In this document: positions 23,719 to 35,897 of the stretch, in pieces
How positions within the stretch are numbered: position 1 is the first letter of the stretch
Layout: each line of letters starts with the position of its first letter
Source of the DNA: Geosiphon pyriformis uo1
Lineage: Eukaryota; Fungi; Glomeromycota
Length of the DNA stretch: 64,000 nt
Assembly: GCA_016748015.1 (NCBI GenBank)
Contig: JAAOMT010000779.1
Span: forward strand, 331,168-395,167
Direction of reading: 5' to 3'
Notes under the pieces: generated by a model
Told to the model about the DNA's origin: nothing
What the model saw: only the letters and a program-made list of their open reading frames with translations
Databases searched by the model: none
Position numbers and translations under genes: made by a program

Positions 23719-26700
23719 TTATAAATTATTTTTAGATTTTTAGATTTTTTAAAGATTAATAATTATAATTTTTTTTTTTTTTTTAATTTAACGAGTGAGA
23801 TCCAAACATTGCTTAGTACAATACATCATACAAGTGATCTAAACTAAGTGTGAATCATGCATTTTCTATATGTGACCAGCCATTCAGGCTAGTCAGGACA
23901 ACACTAGGCACTTATATGTACTGAAACCATGTCACTTAAACCTGAAAAGAATAAACAAGATTTATAAAATCCAAAACTAATACCAAATGCATCCACAATA
24001 CCTAACAACCTAACTATACTGGCCAAAAGCACTAAAGGAAGACTAGAAATAGAAACAGAAACAGAACCATCATGTGGGATCATGTCACCTTTCTCCATAA
24101 CAGCTTGGTGTTTAACACATACTAGCCAAACATTATCACAAAACGCAATACAAAACTTATACACAAATGCTATGATATTCTAAGCTGCTATCTTAAAGTC
24201 TTTAAAAACAGCAACAAATTCATGATACCACTCCTTGAAAACAAAGCTCTTACACAGAGCTGTACCAATACCAACATTGAAGATGCAAGTAAAAAGCAAC
24301 TGTGAAACACACAAAGAAGAGCGAAATAAATCTGAGCATGCCTCCCAAGCAGATACATAAACTTTCACCAACCAAGCACAACTAGCAGCATCAAATGGGC
24401 AAGAAAACACATGGTTCGAGACTTCAACATTGCTGCAAAATAGACAAACCACACTGGAGTAACTCCTATTATAAAAACGTTTACGCACAGCAACTAGAAG
24501 ATGATAATACAATGTCTTCATAAAATACATCTGAAAGCCAGCAGTCCGAGCACTAGTGAAACCAGCAGCCAAATGAAAGTTTGAATGCCACATCAAAGAA
24601 GATTTAGACCAATCAATACTATCATGCAGGCTATCTACCAAGACCTGGGAACCAGAACCAATCTTTCAGCGCACACATTGAATAGATTGGAAAACATCAC
24701 AAACAAAATGCATAAATTACCAGACACTGCAGTATCACCAGCCCTAAGAAAATGTTCATTAATCATGTGAGGAAGATACACATCAGAGAATGCAGCAGCT
24801 CTAGCAAAAATGTTAGCACATTCATTGCCCAAGACACCAGAATGACCTTTAATCTTAATCCAATTAACGTCCAAATTTTTGCATCGAATGACATCAGCAA
24901 TGTGGCAATGCTTGATCCAACACCAATTCCTGAAATCCAGACAAATTAACATGGATTCTGACTTGCATGCTTCCAAAGCAGTCTGGCTGTCTGAAAACAA
25001 ATCAACTGAACAAGAAAGAGGAACACACTCAAGAACTAGAGCAATGGTCTACAACTCCACCATAGTAGAAGAAACTAACTCGAACACCCTCATACCCAAA
25101 TTCAAATCAATGTTTTCAAAGAAAACAGCAGCACCAGCTTTCATACCAAGAGTACCCAGCCCATTTAGAGAACCATTTATAAACAAAGAAAGATGACCAG
25201 AATCAATCTCTAATAAACAATTGTACACAACTTTAAACTCATGAGACTTCAGAATATTGGATGAACCAATGTATGGCAATAGAAAATTGCAAACAGCAGG
25301 TGGCCTAGAATTATTCAGATAGTGAACAGAAATATTAAACCAATGAAGAACTGGGCCTTGAGGATTCAATTTTTTCCACTACTTAAAAGTCCTCTATTCA
25401 AAAACAGAACCAGTATGACTGCAAAGCTGCTCAACAAAGGCAATTCCATAATGCTGAAATGAAGAGACACATTTATAAAAAGTGGACTCACCAAAAATGA
25501 CAGACATAGAGGTTCTATTTGGAAAACAAAAAACATTAGTCATGGGACCACCGAGAGAAAAGTCGCATCCCAAAAAAATCTGAACAATACCAGCCAAAAA
25601 ATTATTCAAAGGATTGATATTAATATGAAAAGAGAAAAACAGAGGATGGCAAGGGCACCAGCTGAGGACCTGCAAGTTGTGATCTATGTGCAAACAAATG
25701 GCTCAAGATATCAACAGAATTGGCAAAATTAACAACAGAAGCTGACTTGTCTTTAGCCTGAATCTGTTTAAAAGACTTCAAACTGTACAGAGAAGAATAG
25801 TAAATAGCATCATTGAGAAAGTCATGCGGCAAGCCAGATTTGGATTTTAAACCCTTGTGAATCATAGTGTCCCACTTCACACACACATTAATAGAAACAA
25901 AACTGATCTGAATCCTGTATACAACGATGGGGTGAAGAATTGCCAACACCAAATACAAGAACTGTTTGTCAAAAATAGTCTTTCTTAGCACAAGATTGGT
26001 GAAAAACCAGACATTCAGATGGGCCTTAGCCAAGCTAGGCTTTGACAAACCCTCAGTAAACAGAAAAATGCCTAAGTATTAATAAGACTCCCCTTTTTTG
26101 GCTATCAAAATAAGCAAACCACTGATCAGCAAACAAAGCTTAGAAACTCTGTAATTAATGGGAATGGCTACCATTTTGTTATTATTGATTGAAATGTCAT
26201 TGATCTGAAAAAATTTGCTAGTGATTTTGAAAATATGTTGTGTAGTAGCCTGGCTGCTATCAATCCAAATAGTGTCATTGACAAAAGCACCTGCAGCAAG
26301 AAAAGAAGTCAAACCAGTCTGAGATTTAGAGCAACCAGTTCTGGTTACAAAACAAAAGTCCAATCTGTATCTATACACACTTTTTTGTCTCTTGACTTCA
26401 CACAAAAGAGGATCATAAAATATGCACCAAAGAAAAGAAGAAAACACCTCTCCTTGATTCAAACCATTATGTACTTGATATCTATCGGTCAACCCAAAAT
26501 TCATCATAACTTTGCTGATTCAACCATTGTAAATGCTATTAAAAAACCAAATAAACTTGTTACACATCTTTATCCTGACTAAACTCTCCCTAAGATGCTC
26601 CTAACCAATAGAATTATAAGTTTTTCACATGTCCTGCAATACTAGCCACAACTTACAGTTCTTTTCTAAAGCATCTTTAATGACTAATCTAATAGTGAAG

Positions 26701-26774
26701 ATAGGAAATTGTGTGGTCGTACCTTTTAGAACAGAAAAATTATCCTCTCTAAGAACATTAAACTTACTGTATGC

Positions 26775-27859
26775 TGTTACGGGTAAACTTGGTGGGTATG
26801 GGAAATGGTAACGTTTGGTACTTTTAATTATTGATAATGTGTTTTCTGCATAATTCTGTTGGCTTAGTTTTGATTATTAGTCTCTGAAGATCTATTCCTG
26901 GATGTAAATTTTACCTGTTGAGTTCTTTGGTTATAAGGCACAGAGTTTGTCTTTCGTCGATTGCAATGTTTTTCATAAATGTGAGCTTTTTTTTCTGAGC
27001 TAATGAGTGCAGTTGTTAGGGTTTGGCATTGTCTTTTTGCCCTTCTGGTAAGCTAACAAGATAATGTTAATATCCAAAACTTAGAGGGAGCTTCTTTCTT
27101 TTACCAGGCTATCACGAAGTCTATTCCCAGACAGTTGATTTTACTATGTTGCTGCTCCACAAAAAATTAAGACAGAAAAAAAAAGAAAAAGAAAAAGAAA
27201 AGAAAAGAAAAGATAAATTAGTATTGTCAATCACCATGATCAAGAGCGATTGGTCCAAATCATTAATAGGTTCGAGGTGGTTATGCTAAGAGCATCTATT
27301 TTAGAATGGAGGTATGAAACAAGAGTTAATTCACATAAATTTCATGAAGTTTGAGAACATGAATTCACGATTCTGATTTCTTTTAATAATTGATTTATTT
27401 CAGGAAATGAAATAGGGAAGATAATAAAAGATGAAAGAGTATGGATATTTTAATTTCTGGTCTAGAAGTTCGTATCTATTTTTTTCTTTTCTTCTTTTCT
27501 CACTTCTACAACTACTTGCTTTTATACATTCTTTTGGTTTTACAGAATTGCTTTCAATTGTCTTGCTATCACTAGCTATTGTTTTGTTGTTTCTGTTATT
27601 GCTTTGTTTTTCTACATTATCACTAGTTATTCTATGTTATAACACATTATCTGACGTTATTACATGTTATTCTGTGTTATCTTGCGTTATAACATGTTAT
27701 CCTATGTTATTGCATACTATTCTGTATTATCCTGCGTTATAACATGTTATCCAATGTTATAATGTGTTATCCAATATTATTGCATGTTATTCTGTGTTAT
27801 GTCATGTTTTTGGTCACGTTTCTTCATAACTTTGGATCGGTTTTTTTACTTGGGTAACA
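26775..27859 (-). repeat. Gypsy A 3' LTR (1085 bp)
   Basis: TGTTAC...GTAACA, direct repeat of 35898-36986. Adjacent polypurine tract at 27860-27875 on the minus strand. Confidence 0.97.
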
Positions 27860-27873
27860 TTATCCCTCTCTTT

Positions 27874-28608
27874 TTAAAATTGAGCTTCTGTGAAACCATA
27901 TGTATCTGTTATTGTGGCTTCGTTCGTGTAATGTTCGATTGTTGTCTCGAGTATTGCCTTTTGTAGGTCTTCGAACTGTTGATTGGTTATTCGTCCTATG
28001 CTGTTAACCATTATGGTTTTCATAGATCCATTTAGTAGTATGTTTAGGCAATGTTAGAAGGCAGTATATAGTCAGTATGCTGCTTTATAATATAGGGTCA
28101 GGTTGTTTTTCCCTACAAATTTTTCTACTTGTTGTATTGCTTCTTTGTTAAACATTTTCTGGCTGAAGTCTTCATATAGTGTTTTCAAGTCAAGCTGTTC
28201 TCCAATTTTGTAGAACCAATAAGCTGGAGAAAGTCTTTCTTTCTATTTCTGGGCGTTGTCAGGTGTCCACTCCTCTGTCTTGGGGAGTTCGGTCCCATGA
28301 GCTAAAGCTTGTTTTATTTCTTCGAGCTCGGGGACCAAGTATCTTTTTTTGTAATCTTTTTCTCATTCTTTGTCTCCTTCTTTTTCACCTCCCACCTGAA
28401 GACAATTTTTTCTCCCACATTGCCTTTCGGGTGGTGGGTAGGGGAGAGAACATTTAGTTCTAATTAAACTCTTGTCCTTCTCTCTTCTGCTCTTATTTTT
28501 GTATCATATCTCTTTTTTATCAATTGTTATTTCTATTTGAGATGTCGATTTTTGAATTGTTTCAAATAATTGTTTAGATAATTTTAAAATTTGATCTGAA
28601 AGGTCCAT
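27874..28608 (-). pseudogene. Gypsy A extra 3' ORF of unknown function
   Basis: MDLSDQILKLSKQLF...AYWFYKIGEQLDLKTLY...KFVGKNNLTLYYKAAY...FTEAQF*, homologous to ORFs at the same position in families B and C. Confidence 0.75.
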
Positions 28609-31600
28609 GTTGAAATTTTTATTGTTTCTTGCTGCTTTTCAGATGCTATATATATTTGAATTCCCTAATTTAATTTGCTGCCCATTGTCTATGTTTCAAT
28701 GACAATAATTGGTTTCAGATCTCGTGGTATATCTTCTGGTTTGATTAATGAAATTTGTGTTTTTAGTTGAGGTACTGATGACAATGATTCCTGTTTTACA
28801 TGATAAATTTTTAACTGATTTCCATGCACTACTTTCTTTAAAATCTTGTCTTCCAATCATAATTTGTAAGCTCTATTTCCTAATGCTTCGTATATGTGGA
28901 ATGGACCATCCCACTTTGGGTCGAACTTTCCACTCCACTGTTTCTCAGCTTTTGTACGATGTAACAGTACTTGGTCTCCAATCTTGAATTCCATTGGTTG
29001 TTTTGGCAGGTGTTTATCATGTCTTTCTTTTTGTCATTCTTGAGCGTAACTAATATTGTCAGCTGCTATTTTTCGATTGTTTTCCAATGTTTCCATTAGC
29101 TGGTATGTTTTTTGGTATAAGGTAGCCTCAAAATTCTCTTCATTGATTGTTTCTGTTGGGTATGATGGTATCACTTGTTCAATTAGTAACATAGCTTTTC
29201 TTCCATAGACTAGTTTGAACAGTGTGAACTGAGTCATATTTTGTTTTAATGTTCAGTATACAAAGAGTACAGAAGATATGAATAAGTCCCATTCTTGTCT
29301 GTTTTCATGACTTATTTTTGCTAGTGTTTCACACAGTGTTCTGTTAAACTGTTTTACCAGTCCGTTCATTTGTGGGTGGTATGGTAATGATAAGAGTTTC
29401 TTTATTCCAAACTGTTGGCTTAATTCAGTCAGCGTATTATTAACAAAATATGTTCCCTGATCAGATAATAATTCTTTCGAACATCTATGTCAGCAAATTA
29501 GGTCTTGATGCACAAATTTGGCGACTGTTTTGGCATTGGCCACTTGGATTGCTCTGGCTTCTGGCCATTTTGTAAGATAGTCTACGACTACAGTAATATA
29601 GCAATTTCCTTGGGATGTAATTGAAAGAGGTCCAATCAAATCAATCCTAATTTTATCAAATGAATTTCTAACTAGAATGGGTTGAAGTGGTTCTGTTGAT
29701 CTTGCTCCTCCTCTTTGCTGGCATGCATTACAATTGAGCACATATTCGAAAATGTCTTTGTGTATCGTTGGCCAATAGTATAAGTTTAGTGTTCTTTCGA
29801 GGGTAGTGTCTTTGTTAAAGTGTCCTGCAATCAGATCTGAGTGCACACTATATAGTATAGTTTCTCTTTCACTGTCCGTGATTAGTTGTTGTGAGTTGGG
29901 GTGGTTTTGGCATTCTCATTGATATAGTTGGTTGTCTTGAATAAAATAATTTCAGGCTTGTTTTTGTATGATACTCTGTTCCTGTTAAGATAATATCTCC
30001 TTGAAATGTAATGTCGATAGGTACTGATGTAGTCATTAATAAGTGAGTGTGTCCATGAGTCTGGGATTAGATTTGTGGCATCCTCAACAAACTGTTGACA
30101 TTGGTGTTCTTGGATCCTTTCTTGTAATGGACTTTAAGTGGGAATTGTTGCAAATAAGTACTCCATCTCGCATATTTTCCTTCTAGTTGTGGATTGTTAA
30201 GTAACCAAATAAGTTTTTTGTGGTCAGTATATAGATCAAATGGTTGACTGAGGTAATGTTTCCAAGTCTGTATGGCCCAATAAATGGTAAGACATTCCAG
30301 ATCTGTTGTGCTGTAATTTTTTTTTGCTGGGCTAGTGCTGCGACTAGCATAGACAACTGGGTGTTCTCTATTGTCTGATCCTATCTGTGATAAGACTGCT
30401 TCTAGAGCATTTTTCGAGGTGTCCATAGCAACAATGAACTGTTTAGTGAAATCTGGGTAAATCAGGATTGGGGATGTGATCAATCACTGCTTGAGATAGT
30501 CGAATGCTTTCTGTTGATCTTCCTTCCACAAGTACGGTATGTATTTGGACAACAATTGATGGAGTGGTTTTGTGATGTTCAAAAAACCTTTGACAAATCA
30601 ATGATAATATCTTGCCAATTCTAAAAATCCTCATAATTCTCTGAGATTGATTGGGACTGAAAAATCCTTGACTTTTTGTACTTTATCTGGATCGGGTTTA
30701 ACTCCGTCCTTGCCGATTACATGTCCTAGGAATTTTAACTCGGTTTTTCCAAAGAAACACTTCTTGGGATTGAGTTTCAATCTGACACTACAAAGGTGTT
30801 CGAAGACTTGTTGCAGGTGGAGCAGATGGTCTTCAAATGTTTTGGAGAATACATTTGTGTCGTCTAGGTAGACTACTACTAATTTCCAAAGGATTCCTTT
30901 GTATACTACATCCATCAGACATTGAAACATGGTAGGAGCATTACAAAGTCCAAAAGACATTACATTAAACTCAAAGTTTTCGTTTTGAGTGGTAAATACT
31001 GTTTTTCCTTTGTCTTTGGGGTCCATTTCAACTTGCCAGTAACCACTTGCTAAATTTAATGATGAAAACCATTTCTTTTTCCCTAGATTGTCCAGAATTT
31101 CCTGGATGAGGGGAGTGAGATAACTATCTCCTCATGTGATGCTATTTAGTTTTCAATAATCTATGCAGAATTGCACTTTTCCATTTTTCTTGGTAACCAA
31201 GACTACTGGCGAGGACCAAGGGCTTAACAATTCTTTGATTAGGCCATTATCAAGCATCCGTTGCACTTTTTGCTTAACTAGGTTATCACCAGATGGGGGT
31301 ACACAGTAAGCTCGTTGCTTAATTGGTCGAGCGTCTCCTGTATCAATCTGATACTTCACAATGTTGGTGCGTCCGAACTCATTTTCGCTGGCAAAGACAT
31401 CAGCATACTGATTCAGAAGGACTTTAAGTTGCATTTGTTGCAGGATACTTAAATTTCCTAAATTCAATTTATTGATCTCTTCTGGTGTGAACAAGTAACT
31501 TTCTTTTGGCAAATTCCATACTTGTGAGGTAATGTCACAGAATAAGAATAATTGTGTGAAATCTGGAATGGACTAGGGTTTTTCAGGATTCTGACTATCT

Positions 31601-31889
31601 GCAGATATAGAACCAATGAAGGTCCCTTCGAGGATTTCAATGACATCTTCTGTCGGATTGTAGATGGGGATTTTGAAATGTTTATGGGCTTTGGCCGGTA
31701 GGTATAGATTAGCAACATCAGCTAGAGAACAGATTTCGGGACTGGCTTTAAATAATAAGGCTTGATCTTGGATCTTTTGATTCACCTTGAGGATATATTG
31801 TCGGTATGGAGGAATGGAAATGATGGTATTAGTGTGGATAAATTCTATCTGGTCACTGTCTTCCTCCATGAAATTAACTAGTACGTTTC

Positions 31890-32310
31890 CTCTTCCACTT
31901 GATCCAAACCCGTTGATTCTTTGGGCAGTGAGGCCTAACTCTTCTCGGGTTGTTACCAGAGTTAATTGGGGTATTTTGACTAGGGGTAGGAAGATAGCTT
32001 GGACAATCTTTTCTTGTAATTCTATTTTGTAGAGTCTGTCTGAATTGTTCTATAGCATCATGATGATGTTTCCCGTGTAACTGGCATCAATGATTCCTTT
32101 TTTTATGTCGATTCCTTTCTTGGCTAGACTAGATCGAAAGACAACTTGTACCATTGTACTAATAGGAATTTCTAACACTATCTTAAGATCTATTTTTATG
32201 AGGGAATGTGGAACTATAATGATGGGTAATTGTCTGGGATATCATAGGTCGAAACCAGTATCAGTGTCATGTGCTCTTTTGGAGCAGATTCCTTCCTCGT
32301 TGTCACTGTA
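31890..32310 (-). pseudogene. dUTPase domain within Gypsy A pol
   Basis: All five trimeric dUTPase motifs are recognisable: DTGFDL, RSSLA, GIIDASYTG, KIVQAIF, RINGFGSSG. Confidence 0.9.
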
Positions 32311-35300
32311 CCATTTTAGCTCTAGTTCTTTGGATAGGTTGGGATATGCAAAATACTGTTCTGTTTCGGTATCCTTAGTTGGATCTTGAAATGACATGTT
32401 CTTGGTGATCAATACCTCTTCTTCGAGTTCAGGTAGTTCAGTGATTGGAAACAGTATTCTTGGAGGCGGATTGAACATAAGATCACATTCATCGCACTAC
32501 TGGAAGTGACAGAGGATCAAACAGTGATCGCATAGTTTGGTATTCAAATTGGCCAATCTTTGCTCCTGTTCCTCGCAAGTCAGGGCCAATTTCTGATATT
32601 GGTTCTGAAATGTGTCTGGGTCATCTGTGAAGAAATCATCCTCGGGGTAGTCGGGTCCAATATATTTGAGTGTTCAAGGGTTGTTCTTAATTTCTCGTAT
32701 TTTTTCAGGCGTGGCACCTTCGGCCTTGGTGCTTGCCATTCTTCAAATTTTATGGTCATCGTGTGGATAACCATTTAGTCTGTTGAGTGCTCATTTCCAA
32801 GCGTCCTCAATGGGGGTTCCCTTTCATACCCAATCATTGATTAATATGGTGTATTGACAAGCCTCATCGCATGTTTCTCCTCTGCCAGGCACATCATTTC
32901 AGAGTCCTTCATCTGACAGAATTTTGCCACATGTGAGGCATGGCATGTGGTTCTACTTGTCTTGTTATTTTGGTCGTCCAAATCTTTCCAGTAAACAAGG
33001 CCTGCAATAGTATTTGGTGGCGGTGGACCATTCTTCGTTGTCCCCAATACATGTGCCCATAGTGGATAGTTTTTTTTCACAATCGACACATATTAGTCTT
33101 GGGAGTTGGTAAAATAAGTTTCTTTGGTCCAAGGTTATGTATCCTAGTGATGATGATTGGGGTTTTTCTTTGGCTCTGCCTTTTCCTTTTTCTTCTCAGG
33201 TTGGTGGTGGGGGTAGTTCAGTTCGATAATTATCTGCCCATAAAACCTGATAGGTCTTGATGATTGGTGGCATTGATGTTTCTTTGAATTCAATAAGGGG
33301 TTTCTTGGTACGTTGGTTTTTAAAGTGTCCGCATGTAGCTGAGACTCAGGTATGCTGTCCGTTGAATGTGAGTTGAAGTTCTTGGGTGTTCCAGTTAAGA
33401 GTAGCGTTGGCTTTTGACAACCAGTTATTTCCTATTAGAGCTTGATATTGTGTAGCTTCCATAATAAGTACTTTGATAGGGATTTGGATTCCATTAATCT
33501 TGAAGGGGAAGTTGTCAATTTCTTCTATTGGGGTTTTTGTGTTCTCATCTGCTGTAATGATCTGGGCAGTAGCAACACAGTCTACTTGGTGACCTAGTTG
33601 GTCCATGAACTGCTTCGTGATTATGCTACCGGCTGATCCACTATCCAAAATTAATTTAATGTCTATTCTTCTGACTTTGGCATCAGTGTATAGGGCCATT
33701 ATTGGTTTATCCTGATTGATGGCTGCTCCACTAAAAAGGCTATGTGTGTTCAAATTATTGATGTCAAAAGGAAATATGGTGGCTAGGGTGGTGTCTTTGG
33801 TAATAGTGACTGGTGGGATATTGCTTTTTGTTTGCTTGGAAGATTGGAAGATTCATTCTATATCTCCCCCTTCCACAGGTGTAGATTTATCAAAACCCTG
33901 GTCTTCCATAAAACCGAAATAGAAAGCTTGATTTGGGTATCCAGTTGGTGTTGGTCAAGATTGGGCAGAACCATGAGGGATTGGTCAAAACAGTCCACTG
34001 TTGGTTTGTACCTGATTGTTATTGGGATTCCTCCATCTCTGATTATAGTCTATAGCTTGAGGTCTGGACAGGCTGTAAGGGGAAGTTTGATGGTGAGGGA
34101 TTGCTTGTGTCATTGGTGGTGGTTGATAATAATTCTGGGGCAGTGGTTGAGTGTACGGAACTTGTTGTGCATATAGGGGTGGTTGATTCTGAGGTATGAA
34201 ATATTGGAGTATCATGTTTTGCTGATATCTGGATTGCTGGTATGGATTTCCTTGATTTTAGTCCATGATCTTCCTTCTGCAGTCATGGGCGATGTGTTCA
34301 GGTTTCTGGCAGTAGTAGTAGTTGTGAGGATCGGATCTCCAAGATTGTTGCTGTGGATATCTGCTGTTGTTGTTATTTTCTCTTTGTTGGGGTGGTTGGT
34401 AAGTTCCTGTAGTTCCGGTTAAGAATCCCTCAATTTTCTGAGTTAGTTTCTTACTCAATTGGGTTATTTTTGCATTGATATCAAAGGTTCCGTTAATGGC
34501 TAAATTAACAGCTTGAGTATGATTCGCTTCTTGTTCTGCAGACTCAAAATCGCAAGCGAGAGTGATGGCGTGTTGTAAACTGGTCAGATGGCGGGGTCTT
34601 ACAGATCTTAGAATACTACTCCACAATCCTTTAATGAATTGATTAAGAACTTGTGCCATGGTGTAGTAGTTCCTTTCGATAGCTAATATTTAACGCAGAA
34701 TTTGATTGAATCGTCCGAGATAAGTAGTTACAGCTTCATGATCTTTTTGTTTAATTATGTTAAATTGATTTTGCAATTGGATTAACGTATTGGGGTCACA
34801 GAAGTATTGCAGAAATGTGAGTTTAAACTTGGTAAAGAAGGTAAGCTTCTTTGCCAGGCTCTGGTACCACGAATCAGCAGTTCCGGTCAGAAAAAACAGC
34901 AGTGCCTAAACTGTGCAGTTGTTGTTTCAACCATTAGCGGTAATTGCTTTTTCGGCATCCACGATTCAAGAATATGTGTTATCTTCTTCACCAGAGAATT
35001 TTTCCAATTTAGCGATATTCCGGTAAGCCATGATCCGATTAATGGGTGGGATGTTACTGGTTATGTTTAAAGGGATTGGTGTCTGCGTATTTGAGTGTTC
35101 TTCAGGTGCTAATGCTGGTTGCTTTCCTTTGTCACTTGAATCAATAGGTTGTAAGATAGCTGTTTCTTCCGTCAGAGGAGATGCTGATTCTGCTAGGTTT
35201 TGTGCTGGTGGCTGTTCCCAAGTTGACGGGTTTCCTTCTGTTTGACTGGCTGCTGGGTTAAGATTTCCAAACAGTGATCCATATTCTCCTAGTGATTTGG

Positions 35301-35878
35301 TCCAACTGTATTGATTCTAAGGGTGTGGATTTTTAGAAGTTTGTGATGTTTCCAACTGGGTTTCCGGGGGTGGGTTGAATACAATTCTACTTTGGGGTGT
35401 CTGATGGTATAATAGAGTTGTTGGAGAGAGGACCCTTGGTTTTTTGTTGACTGTAAACTTGGCTTGGGCAGTTATGAGGTTGTTGGATTCGTTTTTGTAT
35501 TCCTCAGGGTCAGATTTCACTGGTTGTTGTACTTGAAGAAATTGTTGTTCCACATAATATTTAATGTCTGTATCGATTATGTGCAGAGTTTCAGCGATTG
35601 CTCGGGTAGTTGTGGCTGTTGAGTACCCTAGTAAGCTTTGATGAATTTGTTTTTCAAGTTTTCCTGTATCAGTTGTGCGGCCTAACAAGCAGTCAATTTT
35701 TGCATTGATATAGTTACAAAAATCACTTTCTGCATAAGCGGTTCTTACTGGTATTCTTAGGTCTTTTCAAAAGTATTGAAATAGTGCTTTTCTGTACGAA
35801 GAATGGTCCTTTCTTATTGTTCCAATAGTCGCCACTTTTATGTATTTTTGGGAATGCTTTGTTTCTGTAGATTTATAA

Positions 35879-35895
35879 CCTCACAGGGAGCACCA
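35879..35895 (-). promoter_or_regulatory. Primer binding site, elongator tRNA-Met-like
   Basis: TGGTGCTCCCTGTGAGG, 2 nt inside the LTR. Its complement CCTCACAGGGAGCACCA resembles eukaryotic elongator tRNA-Met 3' ends (CCTCAC...GCACCA). Confidence 0.75.
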
Positions 35896-35897
35896 AA

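Noticed and set aside
23755-23770. Target-site duplications for the LINE copies
   Set aside because: Flanks are too A/T-rich and mutated to identify a duplication with confidence.
27431-27742. 103-aa hydrophobic ORF present in both Gypsy A LTRs (also 36558-36869), possible membrane protein
   Set aside because: It is antisense, lies on a T-rich low-complexity strand and runs into tandem repeats. Presence in both copies follows from LTR duplication and is not independent evidence of coding.
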